A stretch of DNA of 64,000 nucleotides from the human T2T-CHM13v2.0 reference genome, Homo sapiens. Below, one piece after another: positions 1 to 15,169 of this stretch. The stretch lies in the NCBI RefSeq assembly GCF_009914755.1, contig NC_060945.1, one strand, 5' to 3'. The notes under the pieces were generated by a model. That model was given only the letters and a program-made list of their open reading frames with translations, did not search any database and was not told the origin of the DNA. A program made the translations under genes and the position numbers. Each line of letters opens with the position of its first letter. Within the stretch, counting starts at the first letter, position 1.

Positions 1-479
1 AATTTTACTTTTCAAAACTACACAGAATTCAACACTTTTTGAGGGCCAGGGACAGTTCTGCATTTGGTAATACATTTTACGTGACAGTTGTATGTTCATG
101 ACAAACTCAGGGAAGCTAATAATTATGGGAGACACCGGAGAGGGCTTTATGTGTAAGCTAAGAGGAGGAAAAAAAAAAAAAACAAACAGCAGGCATTAAG
201 AGAAGAGGACCGCAGAGATCAGAGGGTGGGGTGAGGGTGGAGGGCAGACAATGGAGATCCACTAGCAAATTCAAGTGGCTTGGACATACGCCGCACTGCC
301 TGGCCACTAGCTGACACTCTCCCTTTGTGAAAACATAAGACGGCATTATTTTCCAGGCAATCAAACCTCAGATGAATTCTGCCATATGTGGGCAAGGCTC
401 CCCTCCCACAGAGCCCTCGTGCCTGGGAAATAGAATTGAACACATCTTCAAAGAGAGTTCTTGGTAAATATACTACTAA

Positions 480-767
<288 letters not shown>

Positions 768-845
768 TGACTGACTTCCACTTTGCCTTTGCAAAGGATA
801 GGAAAATGGGAGGTCAGGGAGAGAAAGGGGCGGAAGTCTCCTTAC

Positions 846-1063
846 CTTGAGCCATTCACCTGGCTAGGGTTACATTCCATTTTGATGGTGACCCTGGCTG
901 GGGGTTGAGACAGCCAATCCTGCTGAGGGACGCGTGGGCTCATCTTGGAAGTCTGTCCATAGTCGCTGGAGGAGGACGCGGTCATCTCTGTCTTAGCCAG
1001 GTGTGGCGTTCCGTAGGCACACTCAAACAACGACTGGTCCTCACTCACAACTGATAAGGCTTC
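846..1063 (-). CDS. ERG: ERG internal coding exon (218 bp; exon 2 of the ERG3/479-aa isoform, 'exon 4' in TMPRSS2:ERG numbering)
   Basis: Translates to [72 protein letters not shown](R), the recognisable ERG N-terminus. Acceptor ttctttgggcattcag|GAA (AG at 1065-1064). Donor TCAAG|gtaagg (GT at 845-844). Phase 0 in, phase 2 out. Confidence 0.98.
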
Positions 1064-4000
1064 CTGAATGCCCAAAGAAACACATAATTCAAGACACTCC
1101 AACAGACAGTCATGTTTCAAAAAGTTGTTGATTTCAGAGTCCTTTCTAACTGGGACCACATTTTAGATCGTTTTTATGGTCTCCATTTCTACCTTTCAGA
1201 AGAAAAAAGTAGCTTGTTTTTCTTTCCTCGGGACAGTAAGAGTTAGAAATGCCAGCCTAGAAAAACTTTTATGCAGGTCTCGAAGCATCCCAGGCTTGAC
1301 TGTGGCAGGGCAGCAGAATATCCACTTTAATCTCAACTTAAGGAAGTTGAATTTCAAAGGTCTTAGAAGACATCCAATTGCATGTGTCACTATTTGACAA
1401 ATGCAATCTATAATTCAAGCAGACAGGGTACAGAGCGGTCATGAGGATTAAAAAAAAGAAATCTGAAGGCCAACACCTAAGCATCTGGCAAAATTGCCAC
1501 ATTCCTGGGGATTTTGCGGAAGAGGGACTTAGAGGAAGACAGAGGGATCAATGGAGCACCAAAGGGCAACCAACCAAAGATACAAACGTTTCCACTCTAA
1601 GTTATTAGCCGAAGTACAGTTTCAAGTGGTGCTTCCATGATGGTGAGCATCTGGATGATAAATGAACCAAAAAAAAAAAAAAAAAAAAAAAAGCTGTGAA
1701 GTATCCAGATGCTTCCAAACAGCAGGATGTTTAAAATATCTGGATCACTGACAAGCTCTTTTTTCCCCTTACTTTCAATTAATATCTTCGCTCTTTTGCA
1801 TGATTTGGTGAGAAGAAATAGCAATTTGTCATTGTTGGATCAATCATTTTTCGTGGTTTTAAGTCAAACAAGTGGTTAGCCAATGGCTATGTTTATATTC
1901 TACAGCCAATGAGCAACGGCAAGTTTGGGAAATTTCAACGACTTAAATGATGGCTTGTGCTGCAATGACACAGAGCTGTTGTGATACAATCCAATTTTGG
2001 TTCTTATAACAGACAAAAAGAATTCCACATGAATGCTCATTTTTATATTAGTCCTTTGGCATCCTCAGTATTGACATCAACTAGTGAGAAGCAAAGGCTA
2101 GTTGGGCCACACATTTTTATTTAAAAAAAAAGAAAAAGAAAAGAACTTTGGAGGCAGAGCAGGGGAGGCAGGGGAGTGTGGGCTGCGCAGACCCTTCCAG
2201 TCCAAACTTGTCATCTCCAAATGAGAAATCTGAGACCCAGAAAGGTCTAGAGCTAATCTTGAATGAGCTGGCCATGATCAACCAGGGGATTAGTGATGGG
2301 AATGACTTGTGTATTACCATCTGCCTTCTCCTTGCCCCCACAGCCCTATGATGCCCTTTGTGACATTTTTTTCCTTTGGGACATGTGTTTAAATTAGCAC
2401 CCTCTTCCCCTTCTCTGAGATGACCTTTACATAAATAAGGGTGCTTCCCATCAGTAATCACACCCTAGAAGCAGCCCTTCTGAGATGGAGAGCTTCCTCT
2501 CCACCCAGAAGGATCAGAATTTTTAGGAAACAATCACCCCCAACTCCACATCTACTCTGTCGCTCGATCCTCCACCTGTCCCAGGACCAAGTTTTTTCCT
2601 TAGCTTCCCAAGTGCACAAACTTCTTTGCCAGACACACGGCACTGAGAATCAGCAAGGAGGAAGAATCAAAACAAACTCAAACCTCTGTCTCTCAAAGTG
2701 GTGGTCAGGTGTCTGTGCTAAAGCAAAAGCCCCCATCCTGGACTCCATAAGTATCTGTAGAATTACAGCCCTGTGACACCCTGGGAAAGACTAAGCCTGC
2801 TGTCCAAACAGTAATGCAAAATGTACCAAAGAGTCAGGTAGGCCAGACAGAGAACCAGAATCAGGCACAAGGGAAAAAAGTCATCTTGAATAGACAGCAA
2901 AATCAAACTCATCAACAACCAAAAATGATACGAGGCAGTGACACAGAAGTTGACAGTACAGAAACGGCATCCTAGATGTTAGGGAACCTGAAATTCATGG
3001 CTTTCTCTTCCAGTCACAATTGAGTGGCCAAAACAAGGAATCTAAACACATAGATGTGGGTTTCAAAGTAAAATCAGCACCATAGACTTAGTCATGCTAA
3101 TTAAGACAAAAATTAGACCTTATTAAAAAATTTTTGCAAAACAGATACTCCCTTCCCATGGTGGCACTGGCTAGTGTGTTTTACAGGCTCAGAACAGGAA
3201 ACAGAGCTGATGGCTGCTGCCTCTCTCCTTCCTGGGCCTGAGACTCGACCAAGGCTCGCAGGGGAATAACACACTATGTAATGTTAGCTTTGGCTCACCC
3301 ATGATGAGAAACATGAACAAATGTGTGATTTATATCAGAAATTGGCGAAAACAGGTTATATATATAAGAAACAGGCTAAATTTAAAATTACAAACTAAAA
3401 AGGAAATGGCTGCAACAATAACAAACAAGCAATAACTTTAAAGTATTAGTATTTCTCCAAGATAAAGTAAGCTTACTTCTGCAAACAAAGCCAATAGCCA
3501 CAAAAATGTAGTGTAAGTTTGAATAATAAAAAAAAGACCAAAATATTAGAACTAAAATGAAGCTTAAGTGTGTGTTTGTAGGGGAAGGAATCCATTCTCA
3601 CATCTGGCAAAGCATTATTTCAGCACATGGTTTTCTAAAGAAAGAAATCAAAGTTAATTGAGATCGATTTAGGAAGGAAAAAACCCTCAGAAATGCTAGA
3701 GATGGGGGAGGCATGCCTCCTTTTTTTGCATCTTAAAATTCTTCTCACAGCTAATATTGCACAAAAATGAGGAAGGGAATATAATTCAGAATATTGAAAG
3801 CAACCCCTCAGTTGCTTTTGTTCATTAGAAGGGAAAAATTCTGAAAATAAGGAAGCTTCAGGATAAACACTTCAAAAGAGGTGAAATACAGTCCACATTT
3901 TGAAAAGACAGAGCAACCCAAACTATGCCCCAAAGACTTTGTTGATTGTCACTCAACAAAGGCTGCTGAACACCTAGGATGAAGTACAGCTCAGGAAAAG

Positions 4001-5547
4001 GAAACAAATGAATAAAGAAAATCTCTCTCACATACACATTTTGGGAGTAAGAAGAAGCTGAGGGGTTTTCACAGACCCATTCCCACAACAGCGGTCACTA
4101 AAGTTAAGTGCTGCTCTTCAGAAGCAAACCAAGGCACAGCCCTGCCACATCTTTGTCCTCCCACTTGACTTGGCTGTTGGCAGGTTTCATCATCCCTTCG
4201 GTTAAAGCTTGAATGGACACACGCTGCTGCATAGGGCCCTCCCTGCCTGGCAGCCCTGTGACTTCAAAGGGGAGAGAGGATCTAGCCCAGTAGGATTAAA
4301 ACCAGAAAAAGAGTGCTGAACACAGGCTGCTAATCAGGACCACATGAGTTCTTTAACTCCAGCTCTGGGAGAGACTTCCTGGCCTTGACTGACATGTCTC
4401 TCCTTCCCTGCAGCCTGGCTCCTCCTCTTTATAACTAGCAGATCTCACCTACCTACTTACCTGCCTGCCTACCTGCCGGCCAAGGTAGGCAGCTGCCTTA
4501 GTTAGCATGTATAGATTGTTATTGCAGAAACTCTGGCCAGCCACAAGGCTTGGGATCTGCTTCAGTGGCTTTATAACAGAGAATATTTTAAACGTCAAAA
4601 TCTGGCAGATATGTGGCATAATCATTTCATATGCCTGCTTCTATGTTACTATAAAAAGACCTGAACTTTAGATTGGTGTTTGCCAATGTGTGGGGTGTTT
4701 TTTTCTGTAGCTCCAGGAAAGTTGGGATATTCCCATCAGGCAAATGGCAGGCTACCAAGCTCATTTTTAAATAACTTACGAGAAACACATAATTCTAAGC
4801 AAATTACCCCCAAACAAAAGGTACTACTGTGTTAGTACTGTAGTATTGATTATTTCATTTCAATACGGAATATACCAATAACACATGAGGACCATTCCTT
4901 TGGATTTTGGTCATGGGATAACAGTTCCAGAAATGAAGGGAGGTCCCACCAGGTTATATTTCATATTATAACTCTAAAATATGCATCTATTTTCAAGTAA
5001 CTAGAGTACAAAAAAGGATCCAAAATACATTAGAACACTGAAAAAGAAAACTAACAAAGTTGAATGCATACTGACATTTTCAGCAAAGTATTTCAGGAAT
5101 CCTGATGCCTTTCTATAACAGATGAATACTTTGCAAGATGCCTATTTCTCAACCAAAGTATTAGAAAATAAAGGCCCAAAATTGATTCTAATTTGTGATC
5201 CTTATAGCTCATAAAAATATTACATTGTTAATACAGAGAATCCATCATACTTAACCTCTTTTGAAAATTTGGGAGTGGTAAAGTGTTGAAACTGAGAAAA
5301 TCTTTAAGAATGGTCAGGTGAATTTCACATCTGGAGTAAGCAAAGGCATCCATGGTCCTTTCGTGGTTTTCAAAAATTAGGAAGATGGCCAGAACTAGGC
5401 CTCTCGAGAATTGGATTATCAAACCCACCTTCAATGTTTTCAAGTCTTATATGCTATAATTATTTGATAATTATGAAAAACAAATGGAACAACTAAGTGG
5501 AACAAGAATTGTATGATCATGATCATGCTTAAAAAAAAAAAAATCTT

Positions 5548-5896
<349 letters not shown>

Positions 5897-7669
5897 TCAT
5901 TCACTTAGGAAGCCAGCATCATCTTCAATCAATAGCCTACTTTTTCTGTCAGTTTTAATCCCATTACAATCCAATACAAAACCCTTCCTTAAATTTCCCT
6001 CACATATAACCACGCAGAATTTGGTACATCACTTAACTCCCTATATTGCCATCTTTTAACCACTTTCATAAATAGCTTATCCACCAAATAAACCAGGTTA
6101 CCTTAAGCACTTTCATGCAATATCCTCTTAAATTCTATTTTGTTGATTACAAGATACACCACTTTTCACATTTTATCAGCTCTGAAATATGAAAATGAAA
6201 GGCTTATCCTAGGTATCAGGCAGCATTTCTTCTTCTCTGATGGCAGATAAAATAATGGGACATTTTATATCCAATGACATCTTACATTTTATGAAAAATG
6301 ATCATTTAATCCTTACAATTGTCCTATAAGGTCAGCTGTGATTCTTGCCCACCCATCAGAAAGTGCGATTAGAGAAGTAACATCAACAGTGAGGATGAGG
6401 CAGAAACAGGGTTTGTGTCTCTGAATGGAATCATTCCCCAAGGCTGTAGACTGGCCACTACCTGGCTGTTACTGGAAGGAAGAAGTTGGATTAAGAAAAG
6501 TCACACGGTGGAGTGTTTTGGTGCCTGCTCTTGCCATGAGAGATGGAATCACCTAGAGAGAGACAGAGAGAGAGAGGCTGGTAGAGGGAAGAGACAGAAG
6601 AAAGATGAAGGGATAAGTGTCCAGAATCCCTGGATCTGGGATGGAATAAAGGATCTGGATGGTAAACGGAGAGTGCTGGGAACCAGTAAGGACTTCTCTA
6701 GGTATACCATGCTCTTCTATGAGCCTAGGGGATGTGTAGCAATGGGCCCTGCATACAGTTAATCATTTCTTTTGCAATGGCTTAAATCAACAACCTTGTT
6801 CTTTTCTTTGATTAATCAGATTATTCAGACACAAAGACATGGCCAGGTGTTGGGATGTGTTCACTGCAGGTGGATGCCTGCCTTCTCTTAATGAGTACTA
6901 TGCAGGAAAACTAGGACAGGTAGGAGTACCATTTATAAATATGCTGGAGCCTATGCCACTTTGGGCGGCCTTTAGTGGATGTCTGCAGACCTAAGGATAT
7001 TGGAAATCTATCTATTAGGCTGTCGCAGGCTCTATTGTTTATAGTTTCTCTTCAAGGCAGCACATATGCAGTAGATGCTTCTAAAAGGTCTAGTATCTAA
7101 TTGTATTTGGAGGAGGAAAAAACAACACAAACAAAATAGACAATGCACTTAGAGAAAGCTCTGCTCTCCCACCATAAGCCTGACAAAGATACTCCAGTCC
7201 TTCAGGAGTTTTTATTCTAAATGTGTGCACTTTTGCAATTCTGATGCCACCAGTATCTCATTAAACAAGAATCTTCATCTGACCAGTGTGTCTTTTATTT
7301 ACAACACACAAAAAAGCGAAACGTGGTAAGTGAAAGAAGCTTCACAAAGCTGGGTATGATCATTTTTGCCCCTTCTTGATATGATTTTCTTTTCTTCTTA
7401 ATTCTTCAGAGAAGGAAGTATTAACATCGTATATTAAATGCAGCATCTAGCTTTGTGTTCACGTTTTTCTAATTTAACACATTGCAATTTTAGTCCTTCA
7501 AAACTATAAAAAAAATCTTGGATTAACCTCAAAGGAAAAATGTATGTAGGCAAATGAAGTCCATCTAAAGAGAGTATTTCTCCAATATGGTATCACTTCA
7601 GTGTCAAATAATTTCACCACTCACAACACTAGTCCAGTGCTAAGAAATGAGACCCAGAACTAGTGTCCA

Positions 7670-7940
7670 GATACATTTGCACATACATATATACAAACAC
7701 ATACACATGCTTACATATGTACACATATACATGTGTGCATGCATGCAAATACATACATGCGCAAATACATATATACACACACACACATATATACAGATAC
7801 GCACATGCATATACACAAATACATATATAAGTGTATGCATATATGCAAATAGATACCTACAGAAATACATGCAGATATACAATACATAATGTATATACAA
7901 AAATATCATACGTATGTATACATATTACTAAATACATACT
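7670..7940. repeat. Degenerate (CA/TA)n low-complexity tract
   Basis: Alternating purine-pyrimidine acatacatatatacaaacacatacacatg... Confidence 0.9.
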
Positions 7941-9038
7941 AAGATAATAAGGAGAGATGAAAATCTTTATCCTTATTATCTTTATTAATAGAACGCTTTA
8001 GAGGACTTTCAGATATTCTTTATCTTTAATCATATCCACTAGGGCAAATGTTGCCTAAAAGATACAGAGAACCTGGCTTCTTCCCATTTCACCTCTGCTC
8101 CTTCCTCTCTCATCCTAGAAGGTGCTTTTCCCTATGCTCAGCACATCCCTTCAGAACAGACTTAGCTGGGGATCCATCCCCTCCATGTCCTTCAGCCAAT
8201 TTTCCCGGCTCTGGACTCACAGACTTTCTCAGGGCTCTGAGAAGGCCTGGCTGGTGCCAGCAATTCTCTTTGCCCACATACTTCTCCCCTGGCCTTGCCT
8301 TTATTCAAATATAAGCATTTTCAGGGCTGGCTCCTCTGTATGTCTGCCTCTAGAAATAAGATAATTTCTTAACCTCAAATGCTTGTTGGTGTTCATATTA
8401 GCCCTAGGACTAAGACATCAGGTGATATTACAGCCCCATCATAATGCTATAAATGGGATCCACAAACTTCTATTACATCCAAATGAAGAGACGTGTTTTT
8501 GTGAGATGAATGGATTGTGTAGCCAATGCCCAGGAGTTCCAGGGAGTTTGGAAAATAATTGCCATTGGCAATATGTCTGCAGTCATACTACCAAAGAGCG
8601 TATTATTGCAGAGTTTCACCTTCAATCCACATAGGCTTAAATAGGGACTTCCTATAGCTAAGCAACCTATGAACAAAATAAGACTTACTGGAAAATGAAC
8701 GTTTGCAAAAGAAGGAGGGAGCATTCAATCTGGAAAGCAGAAACTCTAGAAATATTGTGAAAGATTGGAGCATGGTAGAAAAATGTTAAAGAAAGAATAG
8801 TTATGTCCACATAATGAAAATTAGATTTAAATGAGCCTTGGGAGATCAAGAATGTCAACCAACATCATTTTAAAACAACTCTGTTTTCTCAGTGCCATGC
8901 AGAATAAACCTCGAATGCATTTGAAAGGACAATGAACTGGGACTCTTTGCCCTGGCAAATGCCATTTAACTGTTTAAGAAACAACATGCCTGTGATGTGA
9001 ATAGCTTCTTATTTTCTTCTTTAAAGAATCGCTTTTTT

Positions 9039-9350
<312 letters not shown>

Positions 9351-9834
9351 TCACTTTTTCTTCCCAGTAGGCTTCTTTCCTTCTTTGGAGATGAGCAAAA
9401 AGTATAAAAACATCTGTGGAAACCTCCTGTTTGTATGTTTTACATTGGAATGGGTGCAAAAAATACACTCACTATTCCTTTACATCCTTCTAAGAGGGCT
9501 GTTTCTACTCTTGACACTCAATACTTGTTTTTGTTTCTCTAATCACTGTCATACGTTACTCACGAATATTCAACAAAACCCTTTTCCTTATTTTTTATCT
9601 AGTTTTAAATAATTCATTTGAGATAAAAAGAAGTTTTTCTTTGCTTTTTTTAATCACTCAGCGGAGGATGAACATGAAGCTGTACCAATGGATAGGAGAC
9701 CATCTGGTAGAGCACGGGAGCCAGGGATAGGGATCTGAAGATGGAAGATGTGAGTTTCAAGCTGGGCTCTGCCCTTGCTCTGGGAATCACCTGGGTAAAT
9801 CCTTTAACCCTTTCCTGCCCCAAGTGTGAGCTGA

Positions 9835-9945
9835 GAGCTTGCCAGAAATGCAGATTCCGAGTCTCCAGCCCTGCTGAGTCAGAATCTGCTTTGTAACAAC
9901 TTCCCCAGGTGAGCTGGGTGCCTGCTCACTTCAACAAGTGCTGCA
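9835..9945. mobile_element. MER5A-like hAT MITE fragment nested in MIR-like sequence
   Basis: agaaatgcagattc...ctgagtcagaatctgc...aacaacttccccaggtga resembles the MER5A palindromic core. Confidence 0.6.
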
Positions 9946-12589
9946 TTATCCTTTTTGACTCTCAATTTCTTCAACTATAAAGGTGGTACTGATGGCAACC
10001 AGCTGCCGAGCAGCTCTCTCCCAGGACAGTTAAATGGGCCAAATAATCTAGTGTGTGTAACAGGTTTCATAAATCTTAATATTGTATTTAAATTATCATA
10101 TGATAGAAGGGTGATGTGACTGACTCCAAACCTCTGCATGTGAACCATCAGAATTATCCATTCTAGTCATATTATTCTAACAAGCCAGATGCAAGGAAAA
10201 TCACAGTCTCTTGTGTGCAAATTATCACTTATTTTTTGTAAGTACTGGATTTTCAAACCAAGTATCTACCTAACAGAGGGGAAGGGAGATCTAGCATCTT
10301 TTACTTCAAGAGCACGTCTGTCACTTTGATTTATAGCCTTTTTGGTCCCTGGTCCAGTTCTTTTGTGGGTTTTCCATTCAAATTCTACATTAGTTTGTTT
10401 AATGTCAATTAAATCAAAGCTTTGTGCAGGAAGGAATGAATCCTGGTACACTCCCCAGCGTGCTGTTGGTATTCTCTACATAACAAGATAATAAATTAAT
10501 AGATATACCATGGTCTTATAACATAATGTTCTTTTTCTTTCTTTCTTTCTTTCTTTTTTTTTTTTTACCTAGAATAGCACAAGGCACAAAGTTGATAGCC
10601 CTCAAACTTCTGAAGAAAAGTCTTTTCTTCCAGGATGTGGAATCCATAATGCTTTCTATGTTAACTTTCCCTAAAAATTGTTGAATTTTTCATAAACTTC
10701 TATGAGGAAGTGTTTCCATGGCAGTCTGGCTAAGAGGTTCACACCATCATTCTGTCCTGGTGATTTTTGAAACTTACAAGCCCAGGTTGAAACTCAGGTG
10801 ATTCAAGGCTTGAGAAACACAAAGGCCAAGCTCAAGGAGTAGCAAAGTTGCTTGCACTTTTTTTCTATTGGCATGGTCCTTCTCTGAACACCAGGGAAGG
10901 GGTGGTGCACCACCTCTCTCCTCTTCAGAAGGAGCTCCGTGAAAAATCGGCAGTTTTATGCTTGGCCCTTTCAAAACACACAAAGGCTAAAAATACAGTG
11001 TGCTACGCATCTGGAATGTGTCTCATCTGTGAATCTCTGACACATGGATTCATTGTTTTCGATAAAATTCCAGGAATTTTATTCATGAGAAAATTCTGGC
11101 ACAATGGAAAACCCTGGCAAGCAAAAGATAGGGGCAGCAGATGTCCTGGCCTCCACCCACAACTCTGTCTCTGCTTTTAGCTAATTTTCATCAGGTGTCA
11201 CTCTCATGCCTTCAAACACTCAATTCAAAATTTCCCATAAGACGGGGGTGAGGGGGTGGGGGTGTCAAAACAGCCTTAATTTTTTAAATAATTGGTACGG
11301 TCCCCCCCCTCCCCACAGACAGGTGTGTCACACCAGGTTCAACATGCACGTGCCAGGATGCAGGATGGGCACTTTAAGAAGAAGCCGCAAGACCACAGGG
11401 CCACTGGCCATGGGGCTCCACCACTCCGTGCCCCTCATGTACCAAGTCTTCAAGCTCCTCGTCTAAAATGAGGGTCTGGTCTACTGATGTTTTCTAAGAC
11501 TCCATTTTGCACCAAAATGAGATCGATTTGTTTAACTAGTAACATCCTCTTTCAGCCATAGCCAGGCTGCAGTCTCTACCTCCTCCATCTCTGAGCAGAC
11601 ATGCAGATAAGGTAGAAATCTACCATGTATGGAGTTGCTAAAAAGTTCCTATGCATCCAGGTTAGATGCTAACTGCAGGGTCTTTCCCTGCTGCCCCCAG
11701 ACTTTAATTTTCCTCAATCTTGTAGGTATCTCCTTCTGTGCTAATGGTAAGAAGCTAGTCAGCACCCTGAGAGCTAGTGTTATGTTTTTAAGTGTGGAAA
11801 GGATCTACTCTCTTGCATGGGAATATGGCATCTGTTCTACACATAAAGCACTTCAATAATAATAATAAATAAAAAAATTTAAAAAATAAAAAACACATGG
11901 CAACATGGTAATACCAACAGAAAGTCTTGTAGAAACTGGGGTTCTGGCAGACAGAGGAGCACATGAATAAGTCTCCACTATTCACATGATGGTCCAGGGG
12001 TCTCCTTCTTTTGCTTTCTATCCCCATCCCCAGATCATTGTTGGCATGGGCCACACACTGTATAACGCAGACATGAACACAGACGTTTTCTTTTTCTTAG
12101 ACGCTGACTTACGTAGAAAGAGTTAGTCTTCACCCACTGTGAGGGTCCAATCCCTGCCAAGGTCTTTCTTCAGCTTGGTAAGTGATGATGTCTGACTCCC
12201 TGGGGCTGGGATGCTAAGCCTGTGCTTTTCAGAAGATTTTTCCAGCACATAAATATATCCTGGTTGCTGCATGGAAAGGGGACTAAGTAGCCAGGTCATC
12301 AGAGCCCTTTGCTAATGTTATACGCTGAGCTCATGCTTTTCCTATGACATAGATGGGCACTGGGTAGACCCCGTCCTGGTAACACTTTTCATGCACTAAC
12401 AAGTTGGTTGCCAGTGAGACTTGATTTTTATGACTCTGGGAGTGCTGACCTCAAAACCTAATACATTTGAACTAGGAGAGCAATCCCTCCAACAATTTCA
12501 AACTACACATACTTACATCACATCCAATAGGGCTCTTTTGCCATCTGGCTTGAGCCCCTCTATAAATATGTCTACTTTGAAAGTCACAA

Positions 12590-12881
12590 GCCTGGGCGGG
12601 GTGGCTCACACCTGTAATCCCAGCACTTTGGGAGGTGGAGGCAGGCAGACCACGAGGTCAGGAGATGGAAAACATCCTGGCTAACATGGTGAAACCCCAT
12701 CTCTACTAAAAATACAAAAAATTAGCTGGGCGTGGTGGCACATGCCTGTAGTCCCAGCTACTCAGGAGGCTGAGGCAGGAGAATCGCTTGAACCTGGGGG
12801 ACAGAGGTTGCAGTGAGCCGAGATCATGCCACTGCACTCTGGCCTGGGCGAAAGAGCAAGACTCTGTCTCAAAAAAAAAAA
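12590..12881 (+). mobile_element. Alu (AluSc-like)
   Basis: Full dimer, poly-A, TSD aaagtcacaa. Confidence 0.95.
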
Positions 12882-13422
12882 AAAAGTCACAAATACTCTT
12901 TAAAAGTGTGCAGAGTCATTCATATCCAAACCATCAAGGCCTGCCCAACAGCCTGGTGACTTGAAATCTTGACGTGTACACAGAGTCTAAACCTCGGTCT
13001 TTAGATTGCCTCCTTACTGGACCTCTTTACTTATTAAGATTCATCCTTGTGGAGGAAGTGAGGTCATGGATGTTCACATCTATCTTTCCCAGGAAGAAAA
13101 GGAAGCTTCAAGAGCTGGGAAATGCTATGCACCACTGTGCAGGTTCTGAGCAGCACAGAGCCACCTGTGGGGTGGGCGGGTAGGTGAGTAGTGGACATCT
13201 GACCACCAGGCGCTGTGCAGGACTACCTCCTTGCAGAGCAGGTGGGGCCTTCCAAGTTGCCTACTCATCCAACCTGCACAGTAAGCCTTATGGGAGCGTC
13301 ATGGGGCTACGCCTACTTCAAAGAGCAACTTAGCTAAAGGGAAAGAGAATTTGCACTTGCTCTCTTCCACTCTAGCAGACTTGCACTTGTCGCTATTTAT
13401 TTGTGAACACAGACTCATTTTA

Positions 13423-13931
<509 letters not shown>

Positions 13932-15169
13932 TCAGGCAGAATTTTTATTAATGAATCTGATGCCAATTCAGTATTTCTGCAATCACAATGCACTTTCGCA
14001 ATATTTATCCAAGCAATATTTATCCAACAAAAATATCCAATATTTATTTATCCAGGATCTCGCAAACGTTCAGTCTAGTTTCACTCACGTCAGTGTCTCT
14101 AACCTTCATACTTTGCTTTCAAGCAAGAGTCGTGTGTTGGTCTGGGTGTCCGAAGGTGGGGGTGGTAGCTGGTGATGCAAGGAACCAAAAATTGGCCATA
14201 CTTACTTACTTAAATATTTCACAGCTCTTTAACAGATTCTCATCTCCTGCTCTCTTCTCTTCTCCAACCTTGCCGTCTGGTTCTGACACTGTCCTGCCAC
14301 GATTAGGAGTGAGCTTTTTGGGGTTCCCTCAAACATTCACTCCCAGCTGGTCTCTTTGTTACCTACTCAAGAGCAGTTCATACTGTTGGCCACTCTCCCC
14401 TTTTTTAACCCTCTTTTCTTTGGCTTCCATATTCCTGCTATTCCTCCTATTTGGTTGACAATTCCATCCCCCATCTCTTTATGCCCTCCTTTTTCTCTCC
14501 TCATTCTCTAAATGTCAGCTTTCCTCTGTGCACTCTCCTGGGCCACTTCTCTACTAGGCTATCATTTCTTCCAAGCCATCACTCAGGAGCCACTCCAATG
14601 GCCTCAGCGCTGCCAGGAAGCGCAGCGCATTTAATTTGAAGGGTGAAACTGCCTTGGAGGGATGGCAGGTGCATGCTTAATAACTTGTTTCCCAAGGCCA
14701 CATAAGTGTCATTACTGGATGATAATTATCAGCTCAAGAGGGAAAGTTCTAAGACAGAGAATGCAAGATTTCTAAACAGGTCTAAGACAGTTTTCCAATG
14801 TAAGATTTATTATGTAACAGTTTTGAAAGTAGTGTCTGATTCCCTGTCTATATCCTCCAGAACAATCTGAGGGCATGGTTGCCATTACAATTTACTTTGG
14901 GGGACGATTTTATAGCACGTCTTCACAGACAACACGACAAACATCTTTGCTTCTGCTACACTGACAACCTGAAGTTAACATTTCTGTACCTATGTAGCCA
15001 TTTTAATCACCCCCTAAACTGGTTATTCCACAGCCCAGGGGTGTGGGACTGAGTCAGATGGGCTAGAGATACCTTTATTCAGAGGATTTAGAAGTTTGCC
15101 TCAGAGAAAGGCCATTTCTAGTCTCCACTAGAAATCACACATATCTTCCAGGAATAAGAATATTCTCTT

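Noticed and set aside
1064-1159. N-terminal part of the 105-aa ORF 842..1159
   Set aside because: Intronic read-through upstream of the acceptor; only 846-1063 is ERG coding.
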